From contig CATNEN010000007.1 of the NCBI GenBank assembly GCA_950097015.1, forward strand, positions 1,302,001 to 1,366,000: a DNA stretch of 64,000 bases, read 5' to 3'. Numbering within the stretch: position 1 is the first letter of the stretch; each line of letters opens with the position of its first letter. Both the position numbers and the translations under genes were made by a program. Below are positions 34,783-48,140 of this stretch, in pieces. The stretch is from Macrostomum hystrix (taxonomy: Eukaryota; Animalia; Platyhelminthes). The notes beneath the pieces were generated by a model, which had not been told where the DNA came from, made no database searches, and was given only the letters and a program-made list of their open reading frames with translations.

Positions 34783-37700
34783 TGTATATGCGAGTATATT
34801 CTGTGTCATAGGCAATATGTGTCTCTTTAAATAGATTAACTATTGACATTACTTTACTGTAACTCGAGGGTCACTCATTTGGTAAAAAAACTGATTGCAC
34901 TGATTTGACGTGAATTTCTCACAATTGAGCCTTCTAGTAGCTCGTAGAATCGCGTTACAATGGGCAGTATGCCGGGCAATAGCTGCTTCTGTGCAGTCGG
35001 CTGCACATCTAACTCATTTGGGGCAATTGTAATCAAAGGTTGTATTATTATTACAGTTAAATGTAGAAACACGCTGTGCTTCTTATGTCTTTGGTTTGCG
35101 GTGTATTGTTCAGCCACTCATTTGGCAACAGCCAGTAGTTAAAGGCCTCAATTATAAAATCCATATTGTTAGCAAACTACCCAAAAATATTCCCTCAAAA
35201 GTTGGCCGGTTCCCCGAAACTGAACTGTCCTTAAATAGAAAAACAGGAAAATTTATCATTTCAGCAGACTTCCCCCTAAGCTGTCGATTTTCCCAAAGCA
35301 GGGAAACTTTCCACGATATATGACTTCTCTCGTCAACGGTAAATCAAATCCCAATGTAACTGGCTGATCACAGACACCTTACAAATACAATGACGTCATT
35401 GCAATAATCTCATTACAGATTACCAATATTAGTTTTACATATTAACTGTAACGAGGCTTAATTTTGGCCTACAATGAGAGATAACCCCATAGCAGCTAAG
35501 CAATGAGCACAAAAGTTAGCCAAAACTCTTAACAGATTATCCATAAAAGCTATGATAAAATATAGCATAGCAGGCAGTTTAGCTATACTTTTTAGGGACA
35601 GCCATGTAATAATAATTTAGCAAAGATCAGCCAAACCAAGATTTCTAATTAATTCATAATCTCATAGCAGCCTTACAATACTCTTAGCCATATTCTTAGC
35701 AGCTTAGCCATAAATCTTAATCGACTTTTATCTGTCTCAATCTCAATGCTGAGAGATTATGTCTCAGTTCTGTGGTTTAGCCACATAGTCCGCTTTTGGA
35801 TCTCGTTTTGATCGGAATGGAGTGAGTTGACATATAGCCACTTTTATAGTTTTTTAGTATATAATTGATAATCCTATTGTAGCTTTGCGATAATCTGACA
35901 GAAGACTGAAGTCTGGATAGATAATTGTACAGATTTAGGTGTAAGCTGTCCGATGTAACATTAAGTGCAAAAAAGTAAGGAGAACAAAACACTATCCATC
36001 TATTTTAGATTTGCGAATCAAACACACAAAAAGAACGCAAATTCACTGCATATATGTAACTGACATCTAATTTGTCACTGAAAAAAGTCATATTAAAAAA
36101 CTTGACATTAAAATGGATTGCAAGCAGACATTATAAAAAGGCGATTTGATAGTTAGTCTTTGGACTAACCTCCGTGCAGAGTTGAGATGAAAACCACATC
36201 GTCATCATTTTTTAGCTGATAGGAGAGCTCGCCCTTGTTTGTTGATGGGAAGGGTGGTGGGTAGGCTAAGCATGATGACAACACACATGCCTTTGAGCTA
36301 CAAAAACATCATAAAAAATTGCTCACCAGCAATTCCCAATCAGTGTCATTCACCAGCACAAGAATTCCTGGTCGACTGGAATTCAAGTTAGGGGTCTGTT
36401 CCATTACATTTTAAATAGGCAATGGGATTGTAAACAAAAAATCATGGCAACTGCAGTAGAAAATTTCCTACACTGAAGAGCCTTGTAGAAACAGCTCTGG
36501 CCTCTCCTGCAGTTTGTTGACTTTGATCCATTCAAGCAGTTGGCCTAGAGTCCCTGATTGAAAAGTCAGGCATGAAATTAAATGAGGAATGACTTCTTTA
36601 AACTGAACTCCCAACTAAATGTGACAAAATTAAAATTTCATCAAAATATTAACTATAGTCTCGCATCCTATAGTACCTTTAGTGTGCTAATGTATACCAT
36701 ATACACACAACTATCTACTATTAGGGTGTATATAGCATAGTTTTGTGCAAGTATTTTTTAAACAGTAAAAAATCACTAATTAACTTACACTGTTGGGTGT
36801 CTGGTAGATCAATTGAGTGCTTCTTGACATTGCCTACTAGAAATTCTGCACCACCGCCAAATTCTAATGTCAGTTTCATTGTTAGCTGGAAATTATTCAA
36901 AGTAATGTCTTTATTTTAATAATTAGACTAGGTTTCGCAAGGACACTGGTTAGTAAAGTCCATAATATCCATAATTTTTTATTACTTAGAGTTGATGTTT
37001 AAACACAGTGAACAAAGTGTCAACTTGTATTGTCTATGGTGAAGATGGTAATAAATAATAAGAAAGTAGCATTGGGGAAGGACTAAGACTAAAACTAATA
37101 ATAATTGTTAGAAGTACAAACTGCTAGAGGATAGAAGTAAAAACAGCTATACAATTGACATACAAACCCCTACAATATAGCACCTAGCAAGGTCAAAATT
37201 AAAAAAGGGTTAATAGCTATATCTTCTTTGCTAAAGCTTCGCTAAAGCTATGCAGTCACCAACAGCCAAAAGGACTTTTGCAAACATCTGTCCAATGCAT
37301 TTTCACAATTTTTGGTTGGTGTGGGTTACTGAAAATGCATTTTGTATTATAGTGCTTAGCACCATTGCATGGCACTGTTTTGAGCCCAAGTTTAAAGCTT
37401 TACTATTCGTGGATTATGGGGGCAAAGCCTAAAAGGAAGATATGAGGCAGAGGATTAAAAAGTGATTTAGTAGCTAGCCAATCAACAATCATTAAGGCTA
37501 CGTAAGAACAAAAAGTTACTATAATATTCAAGTTGAGTCGTTGGAGCTTTGACTGTGTATGGCAGGCATGCAAGCAAGCACGCTTGATGTGAAAATTCTA
37601 GTTCAAAATCAACATGAAAACAATTCGCACACGAGATGACTTTTTACACAACAAAATAATTTATTATAAAAAATTCATAACAAGGCTTTTGAGCTGTAAG

Positions 37701-37974
37701 TTTTTGATAACAACAAAATAGTAAAATTCTGTAAAAATGTTTTGCTTTTTAGCTTCGTTATACACCTCAGATTTCGCTGAAAAGCGAGTTCTACGAAAAC
37801 AGATCTAAGTTGAGAATGAGACATCATATATGCCTTGGGTGCTTAATGATTGAATTAAATTTTGAATTGCTGATTTTAAGTGAACATTTTTTATTTTACA
37901 TAGAATAATTGCATAGTGTATAGTTATAAGTACTTAAAAACTGGGACTAGCTAGTATATAAACGTGTATGTTTC

Positions 37975-38411
37975 GGATCCTAGACACTTCGTCATCTTAC
38001 AACTTCGTCATCTTACAACTTCGTCATCCACTTGGAAGGTAGGACACTTCGTCATCCAGCCAATTGGCATGCTTTAAATTTTGGTCAGTTCGTCATCTAC
38101 TAATAAGCAATCAAGTTCGTCATCAATAAAGTGAGGGTGGGGTGGTGGGGCAGAGGTGTGAACACACTTCACACTCTAAATTGTCAAAAAGAGGTGTCAA
38201 AACTGATTTCATTATAAGTGTTGAAAGATAGGTGCTAACACGATGTGAGGAGGGGTAGGGAGTGGTGGTTCTGTTCTAACTTTGAAAACTTTTGTTTTAT
38301 AGATGACGAAGTGTTCTTAAGTCTAAGTCTCTTTGTCATCCACCCTCTAAGATATTGGACAGATCGTCATCTGGATGACGAAGTTGTAAGATGACGAAGT
38401 GTCCAGGTACC
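37975..38411 (+). mobile_element. MITE family A copy 1 (GG termini, 8-bp TSD, Merlin-like)
   Basis: Ends GGATCCTAGACACTTCGTCATC and GATGACGAAGTGTCCAGGTACC. TSD TATGTTTC at 37967-37974 and 38412-38419. Subterminal CTTCGTCATC repeats. Confidence 0.88.
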
Positions 38412-38591
38412 TATGTTTCAACAAGACAAGCAAGGCCAGAATTTGGGCTCGCCAGTTTTGGTTTGTCGCTGGGTCTTTGGCTTAGGCATGGACCTAGCCC
38501 TATTGGTGTGCGTTTTGGTATTTTTGTAGATATTGCGCTAGTAATTCTGCAAAATCATTTACTTTAACATTGTATTCGTCAACTAGGACTA

Positions 38592-39233
38592 GGGTAATGT
38601 ATCATCAACCGAACAGTGTATCTTCAAAACTGAACAAGAATTTTGACCTCTTCCTTGGTCTTGTGCAAGACAGAAACAAGCAATTGTGTTTCACAGAACA
38701 ACTAATTTGAAAGTTGAAGAAATTATCTACAAGCTGAGGCATGATGTGCAATGAAGCATTAAGAGGAAATAAAGATATTGATGTTTCAGTAGAAATTTTT
38801 ATTGCAAAAGCATACTTTTTAACAACATTTTTTCAGTATGTACTTTAGACGAAGATTGTATGTGGTTGCTTGCCAATTAAATGACCATAAATGTAGTTAT
38901 TTATAGAGCATGAAAAATGCTTTCAAATTACATAACTCATGATAGTTCACTCCTTAAAATAAGATTAAACCACTCACTCAAATTGTAAAACCAAACATCA
39001 AATTCTCTGTTTGGTTTGAAGATACATGGAAATCATTGTTTGGTTTTAGATAAAAAGCAGGAAAAACTTTTTTATATTTGATAAAATAGCAAAAGCAGAT
39101 ACTTTTTATAAAGATGTAACTGTTTTCTATAACTTGGCTTTTGATTTATCATCATATCTTAAATAGAAAATCTGTAGCTTAGGTTTGAAGTAAAAAAAAT
39201 ACACATTCTTGTTTGGTTGATGATACATTACCC
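38592..39233. mobile_element. MITE family B copy 1 (642 bp, TA-flanked)
   Basis: TIR GGGTAATGTATCATCAACCRAAC at both ends, flanked by TA on each side. Confidence 0.85.
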
Positions 39234-39588
39234 TAGTGAACCAATTTAATTAGGTATGCTGATTGTTGAGGTAATATCATTGCAGTCTCTTCATTTATTC
39301 ATTATTCATATATCTTCATTCATCAGGATCTTAATTTATTTCCAGGTAGGCCTAGGATCGGTGGGATTTGGGATGGGAGGAACCTACCTAACTTAAGTTG
39401 AGAGTCGGAGTCGGAGACAGTCTTTTCGAATTTTTCAAGCTGTTTCTTGATTTTTGCCAAGCTATTCATAAATTAGGAGCATGAGATGAACCCATCTCGA
39501 TTATCAACTTTTGAAGAATCGGGATTGGGATCCTGTCTGACCCCTAGTATAGATTTACAGTATAAGTTATCTACTTGGTATATGCAAG

Positions 39589-40014
39589 GGTACCTGGACA
39601 CTTCGTCATCTTACAACTTCGTCATCCAGATGACGATCTGTCTAATATCTCAGAGGGTGGATTACGAAGAGACTTAGACTTGTGGACACTTCGTCATCTA
39701 TAAAACAAAAGTTTTCAAAGTTAGAACAGATCAAACCACCCCTCCCCACCTCCTCACATCGTGTTGGCACCTATCTTTCAACTCTTATAATGAAATCAGT
39801 TTTGACACCTCTTTTTGACAATTTAGAGTGTGAAGTGTGTTCACACCTCTGCCCCACCACCCCACCCTCACTTTATTGATGACAAACTTGATTGCTTGTT
39901 ATTAGTAGATGACGAACTGACCAAACTTTAAAGCATGCCAATTGGCTGGATGACAAAGTGTCCTACCTTCCAAGTAGATGACGAAGTTGTAAGATGACGA
40001 AGTGTCTAGGATCC
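39589..40014 (-). mobile_element. MITE family A copy 2, inverted relative to copy 1
   Basis: Reverse complement of 37975-38411. TSD TATGCAAG / TTTGCAAG (one mismatch). Confidence 0.88.
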
Positions 40015-40075
40015 TTTGCAAGCACCAAGTTGCAAGGGAACTTATCTGACTGTTCAATTAAATGAATAGGGCCTA

Positions 40076-40719
40076 GGGTAATGTATCATCAACCAAACAG
40101 TGTATCTTCAAAACCAAACAAGAATTTTGACTCCTTCCGTGGTCTCGTGCAAGACAGAAACAAGCTATTGTGTTTCACAGAACAACTAATTTGAAAGTCG
40201 AAGAAATTATCTACAAGATAAGGCATGATGTGCAATGAAGCATTAAGAGGATTCAAGAAAGATATTGATGTTTCAGTAGAAATTTTTATTGCAAAAGCAT
40301 ACTTTTTAACAACATTTTTTCAGTATTTACTTTAGACAAAGATTGTAGGTGGTTGCTTCCCAAATAAATGACCATAAATGCAGTTATTTATAGAGCACGA
40401 AAAATGCTTTTAAATGACATAATTCATGATAGTTCACTCCTTAAAATAAGATTAAACCACTCACTCAAATTGTAAAACCGAACATCAAATTCTCCATTTG
40501 GTTTGAAGATACATGAAAATCATTGTTCGGTTTTTGATGAAAAGCAGGAATAACTTTTTTCTATTTGACAAAATAGCAAAAGCAGATACTTTTTAGAAAG
40601 ATGTAACAGTTTTCTATAACTTGGCTTTTGATTTATCATCATATCTTAAATAGAAAATCTGTAGCTTTGGTTTGAAGTTAAAAAATACACATTCTTGTTT
40701 GGTTGATAATACATTACCC
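40076..40719. mobile_element. MITE family B copy 2 (644 bp, TA-flanked)
   Basis: Direct, roughly 90% identical copy of 38592-39233 with the same TIRs and different flanks. Confidence 0.85.
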
Positions 40720-41990
40720 TATCTTGCTTTTAAATAAAATATGCTGGCATTTTTTATAATTGTGATAATTAGGTGAGATGAAATAAATTCAATGTTTTTT
40801 TGCTACTTAAAATGTATTTTGCTCTTTAATTAGCTTTTGTTATCTTTCTTTTTTAATCTAAATTTTCTCTAATGTTTTGAATTGGCTTATCAGTGTTCAC
40901 TTTAGGGAAATTTTTGGGAGTTGGCATACAATGAGTAATTTCTTAGTATTTCTTACAGTTAAAATAGCTGTGGTTGCAAGATTTAACCTTGTTTTGTAAC
41001 CTTAAAGAATTTTTGCAAGCTCAATTTATGTAATAAATATTTGTGTCCTTTGTGACAAAAACCTTGGTTTCACATTTTGTTTTCTTGTCATTAAATATCT
41101 AGTTCACTGTATACTAGAAATCTGTTTATATAAACACCTTAACAAAACCTAAAGATTGGCAGCAAAAGAACATGAAATTTTTTTTTCCTATTGCTTCACA
41201 AACTCACATCAGAAATTTAATTTTTTATCAAGAAATATCAAGTATGTATTTTGTAACACTTGATGTTTTATCATTCTAGCAAAAATTATGCTTTGAAATT
41301 TTTATTAGTATTTTATATATACTTGTAAGAATTATAGATTAATTTCAAATTCATTTTTGTAGAATGCTCTAGTATTACCAGATTATAATTTTGTATATTT
41401 TTGTGGGTTGCCAAGTTGGCTGCTCTAAAGAGTTTTAGTTTATTTAAATTTGCAAAAAGATGTGAGGGCTCTGTGCCCCAGACAAAGAGCCTTATAATGG
41501 TCAGGGCAACTTCCCCATGTCCCCAACCCCAGTGAGGATTGCAAACCAATACAACTGTGCAAGCAGGGGTGATGCATCCGCCTAGACAATGGTGATGTCT
41601 GGGGCCAGCTGTCTGGAGTAGAGTGCACCCTCTGCCACAATATGAAAAATATATAATTATATATGTTTCACATATATCTAAGTGAAAATTAAAAAGGTTG
41701 ATACAAGTGGTATTGTATTTTTAATGCATGTACTATAAGAGGTGGGTTAAAAAACTTGATGTATAGTCAACATGTATGCTTATCCATATATAGTTTTTTC
41801 TTTGACAAGTGTGTTATGGGACCAAATTTAGTGCCAGTAAAAACTTATTGTCTTTTCAAAAATTTGCCCTTATACCATATTCTTCAACTTCAGCTATACA
41901 GATAATTCAATAGAAATTCTTAGTAATACAAAAGTGCATAATTGACATCGAATTGCAACTTATTTAGCTACTGCATCAACAGTGTTAGAC

Positions 41991-43308
41991 ATGTCTGGCG
42001 ATGTGCATACTTACAATGTGGTTTTTGTGCTTGGCAAGCCCGGTTGTGGCAAGGGCACCCAGAGTGAGCGCATTGTAATGGAGTTTGGCTACGATCACAT
42101 GTCTGCTGGAGACCTGCTCAGGTGCGAAGTTGAATCAGGCTCTGAGCACGGCGAAATGATCAAGCAGAAGATGCGAGATGGTCAGATTGTTCCTGTGGAA
42201 GTCACCTGCAGCTTGTTGGAGAAACGGATGGACAAGCTCTATGCCGAGAAAAAGCAGGTATTCTAGGAAACAGAATGACTTGTTAGCCCTCTAATGTCTT
42301 ATAATATGGGATAAATCTACTTTCAACTTTTTCACTTAAACTTTTTGTTTACCTGTGTCTTATTCTTAATCCTATAGATAATTAGATATAAAGTGAGCCC
42401 GGTGTACTTTTATCATCAGCTCCTGCTATTGTCAGGCGCCTCGAAAGACTGTTCTGCTGTTCTGTCCATGGACTGGGAGATCCGGCGCCTCGAGCCAAAT
42501 TTCTACTAGCTGCTAATGCTGCTATCCGATTCCTAAGTCAATTGCTCAAGGACAACTCGTTTCTATTGGATTAAGACTCGAACTCCTAACCAACTCGTTC
42601 AGAAGTCCAAAGCATCTCTCTAAATATCCAAAGTCCTTTGGATTTGCAAGCAATTGGGTAAAAATGGCACCTAAGCTAGTTAGAGTGGATGAACTGCCAT
42701 TGGAAAATCCGCTTCCAAGAGTAGCGTACAGCTGCTCGCTCAGATCAAAGTGTCTATAAATACCTTGATGCCCTAATAGCCTTTAAATTAGACAGATTTT
42801 AGGTGAGTATTAAACATTTCCCCATATTTTCTAATCCTAGAAAGTTTCAAATCGTTTACACCCTCAAATGATAGTTAAAGCAGCAGAATTATCTAATCTA
42901 TTTGGAGTTCTATCGGTTCCAATGTTTTTCGGTACTCGTTTGTATCAGTGTTACGCAATGCGAAAAACAACATGACAAACGCAGGTGAACTTCCTTGTGG
43001 ACGGCTTCCCTCGCAACAAGGACAATCTGGACGGCTGGAATCGCCAGATGGGCACTAGAGCTGTGGTTCGCGGAGTTCTGCTCATCGACGCCTCGGATGA
43101 CGTCTGCGCCGGTCGTTGCCTGGGCCGGGGCAGCGGTCGCCTTGACGACAATGAAGCTACGCTGCGCAAACGCTTTCAGTCGTTTGTTCGCGACACAATG
43201 CCAATTGTGGAACACTACGAGAAGTCAGGCCTGGTGTTCAAGGTCAATGGCGAGCTAGAGCCTGACCGCGTGTTTGAGGAAGTGCGAGTCGCGTTCTCAA
43301 AGTTTTAA
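41991..43308 (+). CDS. CMPK1: UMP-CMP kinase, 2 exons, 196 aa
   Basis: Exons 41991-42257 and 42985-43308, phase 0. [15 protein letters not shown] (P-loop), [34 protein letters not shown]. Confidence 0.95.
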
Positions 43309-43420
43309 AAACTTGCAAAATTTTTTGGGGCGTTGCTTTACGAGTTATTTTTTCATATCTCGAAAAGTTATATTTTATCATAAAATATTTCCGCTCAATT
43401 TTGTGTTGAGAAGTCTTAGA

Positions 43421-43760
43421 TTAACATTCCCGATTTTTAACTGAGCTTTTAAGAAGGGTACGGTGCTTGAATGGATTTTGAAGATTTAGTATCTGCTTAA
43501 TGGCGTGGGGTGGGTGTACAAGGGCGCGGGGTGGGTGCACAAGGGCGTGAGGTGGGTGCACAAGGGCGTGAGGTGGGTGCACAAGGGCGTGAGGTTGGTG
43601 CTTGAATGGATTTTGAAGATTTAGTATCTGCTTAATGGCGTGGAGTGGGTGCACACGGGCGTGGGGTGGGTGCACAAGGGTGTGGGGTGGGTGCACAAGG
43701 GCGTGGGGTGGGTGCACAAGGGCGTGGGGTGGGTGCACAAGGGCGTGAGGTTGATGCTTG
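43421..43760. repeat. 21-bp minisatellite with a duplicated spacer
   Basis: Unit GGGTGCACAAGGGCGTGRGGT; the segment GGTGCTTGAATGGATTTTGAAGATTTAGTATCTGCTTAATGGCGTG occurs twice. Confidence 0.9.
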
Positions 43761-44498
43761 AAGATTGGAGGTAGTAAAAATTGGAAAGGGGCAGTCTCTT
43801 TGCAGTCGTTTTATCGGCTTTAAATGCCGAAGAATGATTTCATCATTGAATGAATGATGGCCAAAGAATAAAAAAAACTTTCAGTCGTAAAAATCATGGC
43901 TAGGCTTGTTTGTATAAAATCAGTGTTACTCTCAATGAGTAACTCCTTGAACAGTCGTGGGTTTTTATGGGTAACTACTGTAATTATTGCGAAGTTAAAG
44001 TTTTCTCAAATAATTTGGATGGGGATGCTGTAGCATGCTGTAGGCCCGGCAGTTTATTGTGCTGTTTGTTGTTATTTAATTGTTTAATTAATTACTGGTG
44101 ACTTACTGGTTTAGTAGATAATGCGCTGAGTTTTGTTCTCTATGCTACCGGAATATTTTTTAATGCTAATGCGGTTTTGTTTTGTTAGAATTCGCCTTAA
44201 ACACACACGGTGTATATTTTCGCGTTAAACTATTTTAGACTGTGTTAGCTATTTATAATTGTTAAATTTTTGTAATTTTTAGTCCGTTACTGTCTTGTTC
44301 GAGAATTTTAATGTTTCGTGATTGATTCATGAATATTCTGGGCTGAATATTCTTGCAAAGAGGTCAGGGGTTCGAATCTCAGCCTATGAACAGCTGTACG
44401 CACTGGCTGAACAATTGACCCAATATGTTCATGGTACCATTTCTACGCTCAGCAACATTCAAAAGTTCTTCGTCGAAGCGAGATTAAAATTGCCTCGC

Positions 44499-44720
44499 TT
44501 ATTGCTAGTGAGAGTGACGCAACTGACGGCACGCGGGAAGCTTATTGCTAGTGAGAGTGACGCAACTGACGGCACGCGGGAAGCTTATTGCTAGTGAGAG
44601 TGACGCAACTGACGGCACGCGGGAAGCTTATTGCTAGTGAGAGTGACGCAACTGACGGCACGCGGGAAGCTTATTGCTAGTGAGAGTGACGCAACTGACG
44701 GCACGCGGGAAGCTTATTGC
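44499..44720. repeat. 43-bp tandem repeat, 5 copies
   Basis: Unit TTATTGCTAGTGAGAGTGACGCAACTGACGGCACGCGGGAAGC. Confidence 0.95.
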
Positions 44721-44844
44721 GATTTGGGGTGGCTTGGGTCTGCTTATTGGTATAAAACTGCGCAACTTCAGAGGACAAACGTTTAAGCCCGTATTTCGCT
44801 ACATTCAATGACAGATAATTCTTCCTAGATTCCTAGATTCGTCA

Positions 44845-45000
44845 AAGCGGATAGTTACGCAGATCTTCTACAGACTCAGTTAATTTGCGGATGCTGCCTT
44901 TGGTTAAGTCGGCAACTGCATTCTCCAGGATGACAACGCGCCGATGCTGTTTGTGAACTAAAAGAGCAGCTAAACCTGCGATGTGCGACTGGCATTTATT
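44845..45000 (+). mobile_element. Small degraded Tc1-like transposase fragment
   Basis: DSYADLLQTQ, ILQDDNAP and ELKEQL echo the Tc1 ORF at 26945-27370. Confidence 0.4.
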
Positions 45001-45115
45001 ATTGATTCAATTAACTTTCCCTTCCTCCTGGCGGTTTAGTTCCTTAGCTTGAGGGTTGAATTGTGAGTGATAAGTTATCTCTAACTTGACTAAGACTTTT
45101 GACTGTTGCTGAGTA

Positions 45116-46242
45116 TAGCTTTTGTCAGGCTATCTCAGCGAATGGGCATTCAAACTCAGCCAGCCCATCTTGTCACTGCGGTTTTTTTACTGAAGCTGCT
45201 AATTTTTACCATAGACATGCATTTTAAGACCATGCTATCTCAGCTCGGGACGAGCAATCTCAGCCAACATGTAAGTTCTATAGACGAGACGGGGTACAAC
45301 CTCTGGACGCGCAGATCACAGGGAAGGTCGCGACGGGGTCAGCCAGTGAGACGGCGTTGCCCAACACAGAGGGGTCCAAATCTTTCCACCTGTCTGGCCG
45401 TGTCATCTGCACTTGGGTTGGTGTAGAGTGAGTTTTTCAGAGGAGGCCAGACAAAGGAGAGGTTTCAACAATTCATCAATGACCTCGTGGAGCAAGTCAT
45501 CCCGGAAATCGGCAACGCCTGAGTCGTCATAGTCTGCGATGGTCCAAGCTTTCATCGTGGTGTGACAGTGCCGGAGCAGCACCGCCATCAGTTTGAAATT
45601 TAGCTGCTGCCCGCTTACTCGCCGTTTCTCAACCCGTGTGAGATGGCTCATGGTGCAGTGAAGGCTTCGATCAAGCTGCAGCTCGCTGACCCCGCACTGG
45701 TGGAGGAAGAAGCTGGTGGCCGACCTGATGGAGTCACCTGCGTGGAATGGCGCATTTTTCTGCTGGAGCGAGTGGGCCGAGACTCTTTGCAAGCTGTGAC
45801 GCCATTGAAGGTAGCCAGGTGGGAAATTCACTGCAACCGTAGCTTCCCACAATGCATCCAGGAGGTACCTTTCAACTAAACTGAAATAGTCTGTTAACTG
45901 ATCGTCTCTAGTAGCCATTTTTAAAGTTTGCTCTGTATATCCCATCCCATACTCTGTTTTCTGTTACCCAGTTTTTCTCTTGTCAATAGACTTTAAAAAT
46001 GTTAATAAAACTATAGACAGAATAACATAGAACTTATATCACTACCACTTGTGGCCGGTGGCCATTGTATTTATTGTATTGTATTGTATGTTGGCTGAGA
46101 TTGCTCGTCCCAAGCTGAGATAGCATGGTCTTAAAATGCATGTCTATGGTAAAAATTAGCAGCTTCAGTAAAAAAGCCGCAGTGACAAGATGGGCTGGCT
46201 GAGTTTGAATGCCCATCGGCTGAGATAGCCTGACAAAAGCTA
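45116..46242 (+). mobile_element. IS630/Tc1-like (ITm) deletion derivative with ~155-bp TIRs and a DDE pseudogene
   Basis: TA|TAGCTTTTGTCAGGCTATCTCAGC ... GCTGAGATAGCCTGACAAAAGCTA|TA. Internal SIDETGYNLWTRRSQGRSRRG, VCDGPSFH and LLPAYSPFLNPCE, with stops at ~45520 and 45601. The N-terminal DNA-binding region is absent. Confidence 0.88.
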
Positions 46243-46679
46243 TATATCTGTTGTACACACGATAAAAATATAGAAGCTATACTCGACTCTAATCTCTTTT
46301 AGCAGCAACGGACTAAAAAAGTATCTAACTGTTTCGCTTTAAATGGTTTCTCAATGACCCATAACTAGGTCACTGCTTTTATTACATTAGCTAGACTTGT
46401 GGATAAAATGGACTCTACTATAAATTTGTTATGAATGTATACGAGCTACATATATAAATGCAAAAATATACACAAAAAATCAATTTAAGCTCAGTTCACA
46501 CACGAAAAGGTCTGTTAAAAAATCTGTTTTATCAAATGAAATTAATTTTCTTGTTTTATTTGATTTCTGTAATTAAACAATCAAGCTAGAGAACTTAATT
46601 ACTAAAATATCATAACTTTATACGAGAAATTTAACTCTTAAATGACGCCCCTCGCTTCACATAATTTATACAGTATTCT

Positions 46680-48042
46680 TCACCTTCATCAATAGCAGAT
46701 CTTGTCACTCTACCCTCATCACCAGCAGATCTTGTCACTCTACCCTTATCACCAGCAGATCTTGTCACTCTACCTTCATCAATAGCAGATCTTGTCACTC
46801 TACCCTCATCACCAGCAGATCCTGTCACTCTACCTTCATCACCAGCAGATCTTGTCACTCTACCCTCATCACCAGCAGATCTTGTCACTCTACCTTCATC
46901 ACCAGCAGATCTTGTCACTCTACCCTCATCACCAGCAGATCTTGTCACTCTACCTTCATCAATAGCAGATCTTGTCACTCTACCCTCATCACCAGCAGAT
47001 CTTGTCACTCTACCCTCATCACCGGCAGATCTTGTCACTCTACCCTCATCACCAGCAGATCTTGTCACTCTACCCTCATCACCGGCAGATCTTGTCACTC
47101 TACCCTCATCACCAGCAGATCTTGTCACTCTACCTTCATCAATAGCAGATCTTGTCACTCTACCCTCATCACCAGCAGATCTTGTCACTCTACCCTCATC
47201 ACCAGCAGATCTTGTCACTCTACCCTCATCACCGGCAGATCTTGTCACTCTACCCTCATCACCAGCAGATCTTGTCACTCTACCCTCATCACCAGCAGAT
47301 CTTGTCACTCTACCCTCATCAATAGCAGATCTTGTCACTCTACCCTCATCACCAGCAGATCTTGTCACTCTACCCTCATCACCAGCAGATCCTGTCACTC
47401 TACCTTCATCACCAGCAGATCTTGTCACTCTACCTTCATCACCAGCAGATCTTGTCACTCTACCTTCATCACCAGCAGATCTTGTCACTCTACCTTCATC
47501 ACCAGCAGATCTTGTCACTCTACCCTCATCACCAGCAGATCTTGTCACTCTACCTTCATCAATAGCAGATCTTGTCACTCTACCCTCATCACCAGCAGAT
47601 CTTGTCACTCTACCCTCATCACCAGCAGATCTTGTCACTCTACCCTCATCACCAGCAGATCTTGTCACTCTACCCTCATCACCAGCAGATCTTGTCACTC
47701 TACCCTCATCACCGGCAGATCTTGTCACTCTCTCACCTTCATCACCAACACATCTTTTCACTCTCTTATCTTCATCACCAACGGATCTTGTCACTCTCTC
47801 ACCTTCATCACCAACAGATCTTGTCACTCTCTCACCTTCATCACCAACAGATCTTTTCACTCTCTCACCTTCATCACCAGCAGATCTTGTCACTCTCTCA
47901 CCTTCATCACCAACACATCTTTTCACTCTCTTATCTTCAGCACCAACAGATCTTGTCACTCTCTCACCTTCATCACCAGCAGATCTTGTCACTCTCTCAC
48001 CTTCATCACCAGCAGATCTTGTCACTCTCTCACCTTCATCTA
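46680..48042. repeat. 30/33-bp minisatellite, open on the minus strand
   Basis: Unit AGCAGATCTTGTCACTCTACCCTCATCACC (30 bp), with 33-bp variants at the right end. Confidence 0.95.
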
Positions 48043-48140
48043 ATCTGATTCTGTCATGTCCGTCCTTCTTTATCTATCAGTGCTTCAATTTATTAGCAAA
48101 ATACTGCGTATTCCAGTGCTGAGCTAACATAGTGGACACT

